A stretch of DNA of 47,773 bases from a virus. Its lineage: Duplodnaviria; Heunggongvirae; Uroviricota; Caudoviricetes. The notes under the pieces were generated by a model. The model saw only the letters and a list, made by a program, of their open reading frames with translations. It ran no database searches and was not told where the DNA came from. Location: positions 1-47,773 of IMG/VR virus record IMGVR_UViG_2667527975_000009; one strand, 5' to 3'. This document shows, one piece after another, positions 32,297-41,679 of this stretch. Positions within the stretch are counted from its first letter, which is position 1, and every line of letters begins with the position of its first letter. The position numbers and the translations under genes were made by a program.

Positions 32297-32430
32297 TCGG
32301 CCTTTATTTTTGGCATAAACAACAGAATAAACATTGCACTGTGTATTCATTCCAACGAGTGAATACACGGAGCAATGTCGCTCGTAACTAAACAGGAGCC
32401 GACTTGTTCTGATTATTGGAAATCTTCTTT

Positions 32431-32456
32431 GCCCTCCAGTGTGAGGGCCTTTTTAT
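32431..32456 (+). terminator. Intrinsic terminator (tL-like)
   Basis: GCCCTC-CAGTGT-GAGGGC followed by CTTTTTAT. Confidence 0.6.
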
Positions 32457-32520
32457 ATGCATACCAATAACGCTTCACTCGAGGCGTTTTCGTTATGCAA
32501 TCAAACAGAAGGAGCATCCT

Positions 32521-32691
32521 ATGCAACAGTTCGCTATTGCAGGGGCGGCATCGGTTCGCCCTTTCAACCCGATTTTATCGGTACAGCATTCACGAAAAAA
32601 TATTTTAACCGGAGCAGACTTTAAACAACCAAGAATGAAAAGCTTGCTCGAAAAGCTTTGGGATATTTTGAAACAACAAGGCCGTCCATGA
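32521..32691 (+). CDS. Small hypothetical protein
   Basis: 56-aa ORF with AAGGAG 7 nt upstream, coupled by an ATGA overlap to the next ORF. Confidence 0.35.
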   Translation: MQQFAIAGAASVRPFNPILSVQHSRKNILTGADFKQPRMKSLLEKLWDILKQQGRP

Positions 32692-32846
32692 GTTTTACAG
32701 ATAACTGGTCAGACGAAGAGTTCATTCGTCAGATGAAAGAATTAATCGGTAACGAAGGAGATATTCATGTCACTTGCAACCACAGTGAAGGAGAGCAAGT
32801 TACAGAGACGCATGTACACGCAGAAAGCTCTCTGGTATCGCCATAA
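32688..32846 (+). CDS. Small acidic hypothetical protein
   Basis: 52-aa ORF from MSFTDNW, translationally coupled. Confidence 0.3.
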   Translation: MSFTDNWSDEEFIRQMKELIGNEGDIHVTCNHSEGEQVTETHVHAESSLVSP

Positions 32847-32945
32847 TGGTGACCGCGAAGGAATGCGGGTATGCCTTAATTTGTCCCGAGTCGAAGTATT
32901 AAATCAGCGTTATTTCCTTGGGCCGTGTCCATTCTGAGGTGAATT

Positions 32946-33653
32946 ATGGATTTGAACAAATTCGATGAGCCATTCAGCCCTGAAGATATCGAATGGCGAA
33001 TACAGCAAAGCGGTAAAACACGCGATGGCAAAGTGTGGGCTATGGTGCTGGCTTATGTCACGAACCGGGCAATCATGAAACGCCTGGACGATGTTTGCGG
33101 CAAAGCAGGATGGAGCAATGAATACCGCGATATTCCCAACAACGGCGGCGTTGAATGCGGCATATCAATAAAGATTGATTCCGAATGGGTAACCAAATGG
33201 GATGCTGCTGAAAACACGCAGGTAGAAGCCGTCAAAGGTGGTCGTTCCGGTGCAATGAAGCGCGCTGCCGTTCAGTGGGGAATCGGTCGGTATCTGTATA
33301 ACCTTGAGGAAGGTTTCGCACAAACATCTCTCGATAAAAAGCAGGGGTGGCACAGGGCAAAACTGAAGGATGGAACAGGATTTTACTGGCTCCCTCCATC
33401 ACTGCCGGGATGGGCAATCCCAGCATCAGATAACAAACCATCACCAGAAAATACCAACCAGAAATCTCCATCGGTTGACTGCGAACAAATCCTGAAAGAC
33501 TTCAGCGATTATGCGTCAACAGAAACTGACAAGAAAAAACTCATCGAGCGTTATCAGCGTGACTGGCAATTAATGGCTGGAAACGAGGAGGCGCAGGCTA
33601 AATGCGTTCAGGTAATGAACATCAGAGTTAACGAGCTAAAACAGGCGGCATAA
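32946..33653 (+). CDS. Rad52-like single-strand annealing protein
   Basis: 235 aa; the N-terminal motifs GWSNEYRDIPNNGGVECGISIKID...AAVQWGIGRYLY resemble Rad52/Sak-type recombinases; followed by ssb. Confidence 0.75.
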   Translation: MDLNKFDEPFSPEDIEWRIQQSGKTRDGKVWAMVLAYVTNRAIMKRLDDVCGKAGWSNEYRDIPNNGGVECGISIKIDSEWVTKWDAAENTQVEAVKGGRSGAMKRAAVQWGIGRYLYNLEEGFAQTSLDKKQGWHRAKLKDGTGFYWLPPSLPGWAIPASDNKPSPENTNQKSPSVDCEQILKDFSDYASTETDKKKLIERYQRDWQLMAGNEEAQAKCVQVMNIRVNELKQAA

Positions 33654-34169
33654 ATGGCAAGCAGAGGCGTAAATAAGGTGATCATTATTGGTCGCCTTGG
33701 GCATGATCCAGAAATCAGATATTCACCATCTGGAACGGCATTTGCAAACCTTACCGTTGCTACGTCAGAACAATGGCGTGATAAGCAAACTGGAGAGCAA
33801 AAGGAGCAGACGGAGTGGCACCGCGTGGTAATGAGCGGGAAACTGGCAGAAATTGCCAGCGAATATCTGCGAAAAGGCTCTGAGGTTTATCTTGAAGGCA
33901 AATTGCGGACAAGAAAATGGCAGGATCAAAGCGGACAGGATCGGTTCACTACCGAAGTCATCGTGGGCGTTGGTGGAACCATGCAAATGCTTGGTGGCAA
34001 GCAAGGAGGCAATGAACAGTCTTCACCTCAGCGAAATAATGGTCAGCAACAAAGACAGCAACCTCAGCAGCAGGGAAATCACAGCGAACCACCTATGGAT
34101 TTTGACGACGATATCCCCTTTGCACCAGTAACTCTCCCTTTCCCTCGTCACGCTATTCACGCAATTTAA
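33654..34169 (+). CDS. ssb: Single-stranded DNA-binding protein
   Basis: OB-fold N-terminus, Gly/Gln-rich linker and acidic DFDDDIPF tail, followed by 15 extra residues. Confidence 0.9.
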   Translation: MASRGVNKVIIIGRLGHDPEIRYSPSGTAFANLTVATSEQWRDKQTGEQKEQTEWHRVVMSGKLAEIASEYLRKGSEVYLEGKLRTRKWQDQSGQDRFTTEVIVGVGGTMQMLGGKQGGNEQSSPQRNNGQQQRQQPQQQGNHSEPPMDFDDDIPFAPVTLPFPRHAIHAI

Positions 34170-34177
34170 GGACTTAC

Positions 34178-34726
34178 ATGAATCACTTGATGGTTGACCT
34201 TGAAACAATGGGCAACGGGCCATACGCGCCAGTTATTTCTATTGGGGCGGTATTCTTTGACCCGAATACCGGAGAAACAGGAGAAGAGTTCTCGGTAAAT
34301 ATCTCGCTTGAGTCATCAATGCGATATCGAGCGCGTCCTGACGCTTCAACGATTTTATGGTGGATGGAACAGAGTGAAGAAGCCAGAAAATCGCTAACCA
34401 GCAACACTCAGGAGCTTTCAACGGCTCTTTCATGGTTATCTGAATTCATCATAAAGAACGCTAACCACAAATTCGTTCAGGTTTGGGGGAATGGAGCATC
34501 ATTTGACTGCGTTATTCTCCGAAACAGTTATTCGCTGACAGGGCAGCCAGTTCCGTGGCAGTGGTGGAATGACCGCGACGTAAGAACAATCGTCGAGCTT
34601 GGAAAGGTAATAGGATTCGACCCTAAGCGAGATATGCCATTCAAAGGAACTCGCCACAACGCGCTTGATGATGCCATCCACCAAGCCAAATACGTTTCAG
34701 CGATCTGGAAAAAGTTAGCTAAATAA
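34178..34726 (+). CDS. 3'-5' exonuclease (DnaQ-like DEDD family)
   Basis: 182 aa with Exo motifs (DLETMG...; HNALDDAIHQAKY). Confidence 0.75.
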   Translation: MNHLMVDLETMGNGPYAPVISIGAVFFDPNTGETGEEFSVNISLESSMRYRARPDASTILWWMEQSEEARKSLTSNTQELSTALSWLSEFIIKNANHKFVQVWGNGASFDCVILRNSYSLTGQPVPWQWWNDRDVRTIVELGKVIGFDPKRDMPFKGTRHNALDDAIHQAKYVSAIWKKLAK

Positions 34727-34742
34727 TCAACAGGAGAAAACC

Positions 34743-35036
34743 ATGCCAGCGCCTCTGTATGGTGCGGATAACGCGCGCCGCTGTTCCGGCAATTCCGTAT
34801 CGGAGGTGCTGGATAAATTCAGGAAAAACTACGATCGGATAATGTCGCTACCGCAGGAAACGAAAGAGGAAAAGGAATTTCGCCACTGTATATGGCTTGC
34901 AGAGAAAGAAGAACGAGAGCGAATTTACCAGACATCAATCCGACCATTCCGCAAAGCCACATACACCCACTTCCCTGAAATTGACCCGCGCCTGCGTAAT
35001 TACCGCTCACGCTATGGCGCTATCAGTAATGACTGA
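34743..35036 (+). CDS. Abc2-like anti-RecBCD protein (tentative)
   Basis: 97 aa beginning MPAPLYGADNARRCSGNSVSEVLDKF...; the size, position and N-terminus agree with P22 Abc2 as I recall it. Confidence 0.5.
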   Translation: MPAPLYGADNARRCSGNSVSEVLDKFRKNYDRIMSLPQETKEEKEFRHCIWLAEKEERERIYQTSIRPFRKATYTHFPEIDPRLRNYRSRYGAISND

Positions 35037-35046
35037 GGAATTAACA

Positions 35047-35337
35047 ATGAAAACAATGAAGCTAAACATCGACCTCGGAAAATACGTTATTACCGGAACC
35101 AAACACGACCTGATTCTTAGTGAAAGAGGAATTATCAAAGAAGGTGAGAATGCAGGGAAAGAAACACTAAGCCGTATCGGTTATTACAGCAAGTTTGAGC
35201 ATCTGGTTAAAGAGTTATGCAACCGTGAAATTCTGTTATCTCAGGCGCAGACGCTACAGGATATTCAGCAGAATATCGAGACTTTGGGTGTGTCACTTAG
35301 CATGGCTATTGACCAGTTAGTGGAGAGTAAATCATGA
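35047..35337 (+). CDS. Hypothetical protein
   Basis: 96 aa from [13 protein letters not shown], with GAGGAA upstream. Confidence 0.5.
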   Translation: MKTMKLNIDLGKYVITGTKHDLILSERGIIKEGENAGKETLSRIGYYSKFEHLVKELCNREILLSQAQTLQDIQQNIETLGVSLSMAIDQLVESKS

Positions 35338-35501
35338 GAGGACTTGCATACAATCCCGGCATTCTTCCGGCAGAAATGATTATTCGCCAACGCGTAAAGC
35401 CAATGCCATCGAGAGAGGAATTGCTTAAGAGAAATTCTTTTCCATCAGTGAATCAAAACAAATATCTGAATGCGATGTGGCGCAAAGGAGGCAAGCAGTG
35501 A
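35334..35501 (+). CDS. Small hypothetical protein
   Basis: 55-aa ORF ([24 protein letters not shown]...), coupled at both ends. Confidence 0.35.
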   Translation: MRGLAYNPGILPAEMIIRQRVKPMPSREELLKRNSFPSVNQNKYLNAMWRKGGKQ

Positions 35502-35797
35502 GTGTATATCTCATTGATAAACGTCGACGTGGGCAACAAATACCACCTGTAGGAATTCCGAATCACACATGGTTTTGCGTACTTGATATCGATGGTATGG
35601 ATGCGTTGGTTGACACTCGTCATTACTGCGATACCGCAACAGCTACTCCGGCGAAAGCAAAGAAAATGGCTGCTCTGATAGAAAACTGGACTCCACCTGA
35701 TGGTTGGTGCAATGGGAATGATCGAGATTGGCATGAAAAAATGAAGGGCTATATCTGCGATTTCTTACGTAAATGCAACGGATTCAGGGTGATGTGA
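35498..35797 (+). CDS. Hypothetical Cys-rich protein
   Basis: GTG start with AAAGGAGG 6 nt upstream ([14 protein letters not shown]...). Confidence 0.45.
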   Translation: MSVYLIDKRRRGQQIPPVGIPNHTWFCVLDIDGMDALVDTRHYCDTATATPAKAKKMAALIENWTPPDGWCNGNDRDWHEKMKGYICDFLRKCNGFRVM

Positions 35798-35798
35798 C

Positions 35799-36437
35799 AT
35801 GAGCAAGATTGACTATCAGGCACTGCGTGAAGCGGCAGAGAAAGCAACGTGTGGTGTGTGGTCGCTCGAATATGGAGAGGGCCGATTTGATGGTGATGAT
35901 GCACTAATTCATCGCGAGGCTGCTGGATATATTCCCATTTGCAGAATTGAAGGAGCGCATCCTGAAAGCGGTTTCGATGAAGATTTCCAAATAGAACAGC
36001 AGGCCAATGCTGAATTCATCGCCGCAGCCAATCCAGCTACCGTCTTGGCGCTGCTGGGCGAGCTGGAAACAGCAAAAAAGCGCATAGCAGAACTGGAAGC
36101 CGAACCTGTAAGCCAAACTTGCAAGTTGAACGAGCCATCGGGCAACTCTCCGGTAATTCCGGATGGTTGGATAAGCTGTAGTGAGCAGATGCCTGTAATC
36201 GGCGAGCTAAATTGGAGAACTAGTTTTCCTTTACTGGTTACGTGTGAGATCGGCGTTATACCTGCTTATTACGGCTTTGTGAGCGTTAATGGTGATAGAC
36301 ATTATGGCTTTATGGAGAGTCTTAAATACGGAGACGATAACGGCAACCATCCTCAAACTAATGAATATGGTCTGATTAGCAATGTCACACACTGGATGCC
36401 TCTACCAGAACCGCCTCAGGAGGTTAACCGTGGCTAA
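35799..36437 (+). CDS. Ead/Ea22-like protein (DUF551-type C-terminus)
   Basis: 212 aa with a C-terminal THWMPLPEPP motif. Confidence 0.65.
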   Translation: MSKIDYQALREAAEKATCGVWSLEYGEGRFDGDDALIHREAAGYIPICRIEGAHPESGFDEDFQIEQQANAEFIAAANPATVLALLGELETAKKRIAELEAEPVSQTCKLNEPSGNSPVIPDGWISCSEQMPVIGELNWRTSFPLLVTCEIGVIPAYYGFVSVNGDRHYGFMESLKYGDDNGNHPQTNEYGLISNVTHWMPLPEPPQEVNRG

Positions 36438-36714
36438 TCTGCAACTTGCCGTTAAAGGTGAATACTTCGATGCCATGATTCGCGGGGAGAAAACGGAAGA
36501 GTATCGCTTGTGTAATAACTACTGGAATAAGCGAATTATGTTCCGGGAGTATGACCGCCTGATTATCACGAAGGGATATCCGAAGCGCGACGATTCCAGC
36601 CGAAGAATTGACGTCCCGTATGACGGATATGAAATCAAGACAATCACACATCCGCACTTCGGTGATAAACCGGTAAAGGTGTTCGCGATAAAAGTGAATA
36701 TCGGCAATGAATAA
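36430..36714 (+). CDS. ASCH-domain protein
   Basis: GTG start after GGAGG; motif KGEYFDAMIRGEKTEEYR. Confidence 0.5.
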   Translation: MANLQLAVKGEYFDAMIRGEKTEEYRLCNNYWNKRIMFREYDRLIITKGYPKRDDSSRRIDVPYDGYEIKTITHPHFGDKPVKVFAIKVNIGNE

Positions 36715-36773
36715 CAATCCTCGCACTCGCGGGGATTTCTTTTATCTGAACTCGCTACGGCGAGTTTTGTTTT

Positions 36774-37085
36774 ATGGAGATGATTATGGCCTGTTCAACA
36801 TTCAACCCTCTAACGTTACAGAAATACCAGCCAAACCCTGAAGATTTATGCTCACTGCGTGGCGGAAATCATGGTAAATCCGCCATGATCGAATGTAAGG
36901 ACAAAATCCACATTTGCCTTAATTGCGTTGATGTCCTCGTTGATATCAAAAATGAGAGAGAAGATAAAAAGCGTAGCGAGGCTGTTCGCGCCTTAGATTC
37001 ATGGATGCGGGATGGATATAGTGCCGCGCAAATTTATGACTTAGCAATATCAAAAGGTGAAATACCAGGAGTGCGTATCGAATAA
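36774..37085 (+). CDS. Hypothetical protein (last gene of the early-left operon)
   Basis: 103-aa ORF followed by a strong terminator. Confidence 0.5.
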   Translation: MEMIMACSTFNPLTLQKYQPNPEDLCSLRGGNHGKSAMIECKDKIHICLNCVDVLVDIKNEREDKKRSEAVRALDSWMRDGYSAAQIYDLAISKGEIPGVRIE

Positions 37086-37127
37086 GACGTAACCAATATT
37101 CGAATTGAAGAACTGAAAGAACACCAA

Positions 37128-37150
37128 GCCGCCTGATGGCGGTTTTTTAT
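37128..37150 (+). terminator. Intrinsic terminator at the end of the early-left operon
   Basis: GCCGCC-TGAT-GGCGGT followed by TTTTTTAT. Confidence 0.8.
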
Positions 37151-37158
37151 TGCCTGAT

Positions 37159-37174
37159 TTGCAGGTTCGATTCC
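37159..37174 (+). other. tRNA T-arm-like motif (candidate att core / junction of the two elements)
   Basis: TTGCAGGTTCGATTCC contains the canonical GGTTCGAnTCC T-loop motif, but the flanks do not fold into a tRNA; it lies between the prophage terminator and the alpA-int module. Confidence 0.5.
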
Positions 37175-37193
37175 CTATTCGGAGATAGCACTC

Positions 37194-37394
37194 ATGCAAC
37201 ACGAACTACAGCCTGATTCACTGGTTGATTTGAAATTCATCATGGCCGATACTGGCTTCGGTAAAACCTTCATCTATGACCGGATTAAGTCCGGCGACCT
37301 GCCAAAAGCCAAAGTTATCCACGGGCGAGCAAGATGGTTATATCGTGACCATTGTGAATTCAAAAATAAGCTCTTAAGCCGCGCCAATGGGTAA
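37194..37394 (+). CDS. AlpA/Vis-like excisionase or regulator (MerR-like HTH)
   Basis: 66 aa; the pattern ...IMADTGFGKTFIYDRIKSGDLPKAKVIHGRARWLYRDHCEF... fits AlpA-family proteins. Confidence 0.7.
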   Translation: MQHELQPDSLVDLKFIMADTGFGKTFIYDRIKSGDLPKAKVIHGRARWLYRDHCEFKNKLLSRANG

Positions 37395-37642
37395 AATAGC
37401 GGGTAAAACATTTCTCACATCTAAAAAATACCATTCCAATCAATCCCCTGCCGCTTCAAGTAGATGTCTGCAGGGGACACCATGAACACTTCTCACTAAG
37501 TTCAATTAATTCCATAACTCACTGTTTTAACTGATATCATCTCCTTATACTCGTCCAGCAAAGTACCATTATTTCTAATGGAATCTATACATCTTTGCGT
37601 ATAACATTGTGTATAACTGAGTTCGATCTTTTTTCTATACAC

Positions 37643-38818
37643 ATGCTGCTATCTGACATCCAAATAAAAAGAGCAAAACCGAAGGACAAACCCTATACGC
37701 TTAACGATGGTATGGGGCTATCACTCCTGATCGACACAGCGGGCAGTAAAGGCTGGCGTTTTCGCTATCGCTTTGCAGGTAAGCCTAAGATGATTTCCTT
37801 TGGCGTATATGGCGATGTGTCGTTGGCACAGGCACGTACCAAACGTGATGAAGCGCGTTCGATGTTAGCCAACGGGATAAACCCAAGTGAAGCCAGAAAA
37901 GCAGATAAGATTGCTTTGCAGTTCGCGCATGAGAACAGCTTTGAGTCTGTGGCCAGAGAATGGCACTCATCGAAAAAAGCCACCTGGTCAGAGGGTTATG
38001 CAAAAGAGGTTCTCAATTGTATGGAAAAGGATATTTTTCCTTTTATCGGCCAGCGCCCAATTGAGCAGATTGAACCATTAGAACTGCTAACCGTCCTGCA
38101 AAAAATAGAGAAAAGAGGTGCGCTAGAGCAAACCAGTAAGATCCGCCGCCGCTGTGGTGAAGTGCTTCGTTATGCTGTTGCCACTGGTAGAGCAAAGTAT
38201 AATTTTGCACCCGATTTAGCTATCGCACTCAACAAACCTAAAACCCAACACTTCCCGTTCCTGACTGAAAGCGAGTTGCCCGAGTTCGTTAATGCTCTGG
38301 ATAACTATCAGGGCAGTTTAGTTACCAAATACGCCACGCAGCTGTTGATGCTAACAGGCGTGCGAACAATTGAACTACGTGCAGCGGAATGGGCTGAGTT
38401 TGATTTAGATAATGCCTTATGGGAGATCCCCAAAGAACGGATGAAGAAACGCCGCCCCCATCTGGTTCCGTTATCAACTCAGGCGATCAATATCCTGAAA
38501 AAGCTGCAAGAAATAACAGGGAATTACAGCCTCGTTTTCCCTGGCCGGAATGACGTCAGTAAACCAATGAGCGAAGCCAGCATCAACAAAGTGATAAAAC
38601 TACTGGGTTATCACGGTCGGTTAACGGGTCACGGTTTCAGGCATACCATGAGCACCATCTTGCATGAGCATGGGTTTGAAAGTGCCTGGATTGAAATGCA
38701 GCTTGCGCATGTTGATAAGAACTCTATTCGAGGTACTTACAATCATGCGCAATATATTAAAGATCGACAAGTAATGATGGAATGGTACGCTAGCTTATTA
38801 AATACGACCTGCTATTAA
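37643..38818 (+). CDS. int: Tyrosine integrase, P4 type (second integrase)
   Basis: Start taken at the internal Met (MLLSDIQIKRAKPKDKPYTLNDGMGL...); homologous to but clearly distinct from the integrase at 1..1158. Confidence 0.9.
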   Translation: MLLSDIQIKRAKPKDKPYTLNDGMGLSLLIDTAGSKGWRFRYRFAGKPKMISFGVYGDVSLAQARTKRDEARSMLANGINPSEARKADKIALQFAHENSFESVAREWHSSKKATWSEGYAKEVLNCMEKDIFPFIGQRPIEQIEPLELLTVLQKIEKRGALEQTSKIRRRCGEVLRYAVATGRAKYNFAPDLAIALNKPKTQHFPFLTESELPEFVNALDNYQGSLVTKYATQLLMLTGVRTIELRAAEWAEFDLDNALWEIPKERMKKRRPHLVPLSTQAINILKKLQEITGNYSLVFPGRNDVSKPMSEASINKVIKLLGYHGRLTGHGFRHTMSTILHEHGFESAWIEMQLAHVDKNSIRGTYNHAQYIKDRQVMMEWYASLLNTTCY

Positions 38819-39748
38819 ATCCAGCATGAAACAAATATGGTGAGTAATTTGATACTGTTTGTTTTTTGGCAACCCAGGGAAATGCCTTACAGTTGGTTGA
38901 CTATTGTAATAATAATAGTTAAGACCAATGTTGCTGCCAAACTGGGTTGGATGTTGGGGAACAAGATTTGTAATTTGATCTGAAACATCTAAAAATTTTG
39001 CAGTAACATTTGAACTTCCTCGTTGCGTGTTGCTTGATACAAAATGACGAATCCAAACTGTATTCGCTTGTAAATTCTTGAACACCAAATGTGCGGCAAC
39101 AGCAGAAGGTTGACCACCTCCAAGATCTAGTACCTGGCCAGTAATTGTATAATCGCCAAATCCTAAGTAATTTTGTCCCACGAATTGATGTGCGTGCGTG
39201 AAAAGTTCCGGCCCATTATAATCAGCATTTTTTGCTAACTTTCTAAAGTTATCGCTAATAATAATTAACTTCGACAAAGGAAGAAGAGCGCACTGATTAG
39301 GAAGCATTTTATTATTTAAAACAACATGATAACTAATCAATTGATTTGTCGCCAACAACTGAATATCAGAGTTGGATAATGATGGATTATCATATAGAAG
39401 TGCAACTCGTCTATTTAAGTTAGCATTCAACCAATTATTAATATCATTAATCGTTGTATTGGGCTGAATAAGATATCCAGAGATGATATTATTTTTATTT
39501 GTTAATACACTTGATAAATTTTGATTTAAAGTTAAGACGTTATTGTGTGAAGAAAAATCTTCCTGATAAGGATTAAGGATAACAATTATGTCAGAATTCC
39601 AAACATTTAAACATGTTAATAAATTTCTCGTATTGACGTTAATTGGTTCTAAAATTGGTAGCAGACCATTTAGGCTAACTCCCTTCGCAACGAGGTCCCT
39701 AAGGCATAATAACTCTGTACTTCTCGCATACAAATATGGGCTATACAT
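38798..39748 (-). CDS. Cargo protein B (unknown function; AT-rich accessory gene)
   Basis: 316 aa, Asn/Leu/Ser-rich, low GC; second gene of a two-gene operon, and its 3' end overlaps the 3' end of int by 21 bp. Confidence 0.7.
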   Translation of the reverse strand: MYSPYLYARSTELLCLRDLVAKGVSLNGLLPILEPINVNTRNLLTCLNVWNSDIIVILNPYQEDFSSHNNVLTLNQNLSSVLTNKNNIISGYLIQPNTTINDINNWLNANLNRRVALLYDNPSLSNSDIQLLATNQLISYHVVLNNKMLPNQCALLPLSKLIIISDNFRKLAKNADYNGPELFTHAHQFVGQNYLGFGDYTITGQVLDLGGGQPSAVAAHLVFKNLQANTVWIRHFVSSNTQRGSSNVTAKFLDVSDQITNLVPQHPTQFGSNIGLNYYYYNSQPTVRHFPGLPKNKQYQITHHICFMLDLIAGRI

Positions 39749-39769
39749 AACTTACAACTCCTGAGGATA

Positions 39770-40651
39770 TCAACAAATTTTAATTTTTACATCCATCAAA
39801 TTCATGATGAATTCTTTTTGCTTTCTTGATAATGGTGTTGCATAACCTAAAACACGTAAACATGCTGGAAGAGAATAAATATAATCCAAAAAAACTTTAT
39901 CGTTACATCTTTTTTTCATAGCAGAGATAAAGTATTTATTTGCTATGTTTAATGGCATCTGCATGAATATCTCTTTACAATATTCATAAACCAATCCGTT
40001 AGGCATATTTATTTTAGTTGAAGTGTAATCTTCTATTATAGCTAAGAACTCTTCCTTTCTAAGAACTGAAAACAAGCTGTCACTTTTAATATAATCAATA
40101 TTTGAATCTGCCTCCTTAATGACACTCAATTGATCTTTTTTATTCAAAACCATAACTCCCACTCTGGGGAGATTTAAAGCACAATATTTACTTGCATACT
40201 CTGGATGTGTAACTATATACACTTTATCAAAAACATCCAAATAATCAGGGGCTTGAGTAATCAACCTTTTTGGTGAATCATACTCTGTCTTAATCTCGTA
40301 AGCTGTAGACGTACCATTAAACACCGCAACATCCACTATAGAGTTTTTAATTGGTAACTCTATGGACGACGAACTTGTTTTTGGGCTGTGCTTACCGAAT
40401 ATTATTTTATTGACAAGTGCTGTCTTATAAACATATTCATTTCTATAATTCAGACGCAAAAAATCATATAATGATGTAAATAAATCCCTTAGTGAAATCT
40501 CATGTTCATTATTATCATTGTTTGAAAACAGTGTTTCATAGCAGTAAGAATCAAAACTCCCAAATAAATCCGAAATATCCTTACCTTTTGCTAAGGATGA
40601 AAAAATGGGGCGACGGAAAAATTTAGCATATTCCTTTTTATTATGACTCAT
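39770..40651 (-). CDS. Cargo protein A (unknown function; possible PD-(D/E)xK nuclease-like motif)
   Basis: 293 aa, AT-rich; contains ...SIVDVAVFNGTSTAYEIKTEYD..., which resembles a D...E-x-K nuclease core. Confidence 0.7.
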   Translation of the reverse strand: MSHNKKEYAKFFRRPIFSSLAKGKDISDLFGSFDSYCYETLFSNNDNNEHEISLRDLFTSLYDFLRLNYRNEYVYKTALVNKIIFGKHSPKTSSSSIELPIKNSIVDVAVFNGTSTAYEIKTEYDSPKRLITQAPDYLDVFDKVYIVTHPEYASKYCALNLPRVGVMVLNKKDQLSVIKEADSNIDYIKSDSLFSVLRKEEFLAIIEDYTSTKINMPNGLVYEYCKEIFMQMPLNIANKYFISAMKKRCNDKVFLDYIYSLPACLRVLGYATPLSRKQKEFIMNLMDVKIKIC

Positions 40652-41332
40652 TACTCATACTCTATAAACATCATGCAATTTGATAAGTTATGACGAATTC
40701 TCACCATCCAGTTACTACCTGTATACATACTAATCAAAAAAAACGAGTACGCAAGATACGAAAGTACTTTTCTTGTTCACCAGTTAGCTTACCTTGATCC
40801 TCACCAGCGACTGGAAGATAGGTAGCAGTATATGTGGAAACCTTCCCCTAGCTAGGTCTACAAACGTAGTTTGGGCATTTAGGCTCCACGATTCACGGTT
40901 TGACACGGCCTGATATCTGCACATTCGTTTTGATATGCAGCAATCGTGAAAAAGGAAAATATACGCTCGACAGACCAAAACGGCACTACACCGCACCCGC
41001 CTGCGGTTTTCATATCACTAAAAATTTTCAGCCTGGATTTTTTACAAACGATACCGCCAGTCCGTGCCAGTCCTCGAGATGTACTGCGATACAGGAACTG
41101 AAAAGAATGAAAAGAAATTCATTTTTTTTCAGTTTTACTGTCCGTCGAATCTATGGCCTGAATACGCAACTCTATGATATTAAATGGATAATTAATTTTA
41201 GGTGTGTGATTTTATGAAGGTTTGTGAAACATGAAGAAGATAACCAGTTGAAAAATAATAATTTTATGACCGTATAAACTGAAATCCTGTGTTCAGGTTC
41301 CGGGAACAGATCGGCCATTCCCGACGCATACT

Positions 41333-41605
41333 TTACCCATTCTTTTGCGCAGCCAGCAGCAACTTTAAAGCCTTTTCCCGTTCCTCGGGTGGAATTGCAT
41401 CAATCAGCTCTTTAACCCTTCCCTGCCCGTTCAGCGCGCTTGGACTAACGGAATGGGAGAAAGCAACATTCATCACAAACGAGTGACCGCACTCCACATT
41501 AGAGCAATAGCAGTACACATCGTACAGTTGTGGGTGTTTCCTGTTTGTTTTACCTATCCGTGCTACTGCCTGACATGTGGGGCAGTACATTCTCATCATC
41601 TTCAT
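41333..41605 (-). CDS. Ogr/Delta-family zinc-finger transcriptional activator
   Basis: 90 aa with C-x2-C...C-x4-C (MYCPTCQAVARIG...CYCSNVECGHSF). Confidence 0.8.
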   Translation of the reverse strand: MKMMRMYCPTCQAVARIGKTNRKHPQLYDVYCYCSNVECGHSFVMNVAFSHSVSPSALNGQGRVKELIDAIPPEEREKALKLLLAAQKNG

Positions 41606-41679
41606 CGTTCTGTGCCCTATACTGTTGCCCGCCAGAAGAAGGGATTTGGATCCCTACCTCTTGTTCTGAACGTGTAACA

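Noticed and set aside
32416-32520. N-terminal extension of the 91-aa ORF
   Set aside because: It would span a terminator hairpin; the downstream ATG at 32521 with AAGGAG is the plausible start.
37110-37200. Complete tRNA gene at the element junction
   Set aside because: Only a T-arm half (GGTTCGATTCC) is present; the flanking sequence is a terminator hairpin and cannot form acceptor or anticodon stems.
40900-41217. 105-aa plus-strand ORF in the AT-rich intergenic region between the cargo and ogr genes
   Set aside because: Opposite strand to all surrounding genes, no start signals; more likely a promoter/regulatory region.
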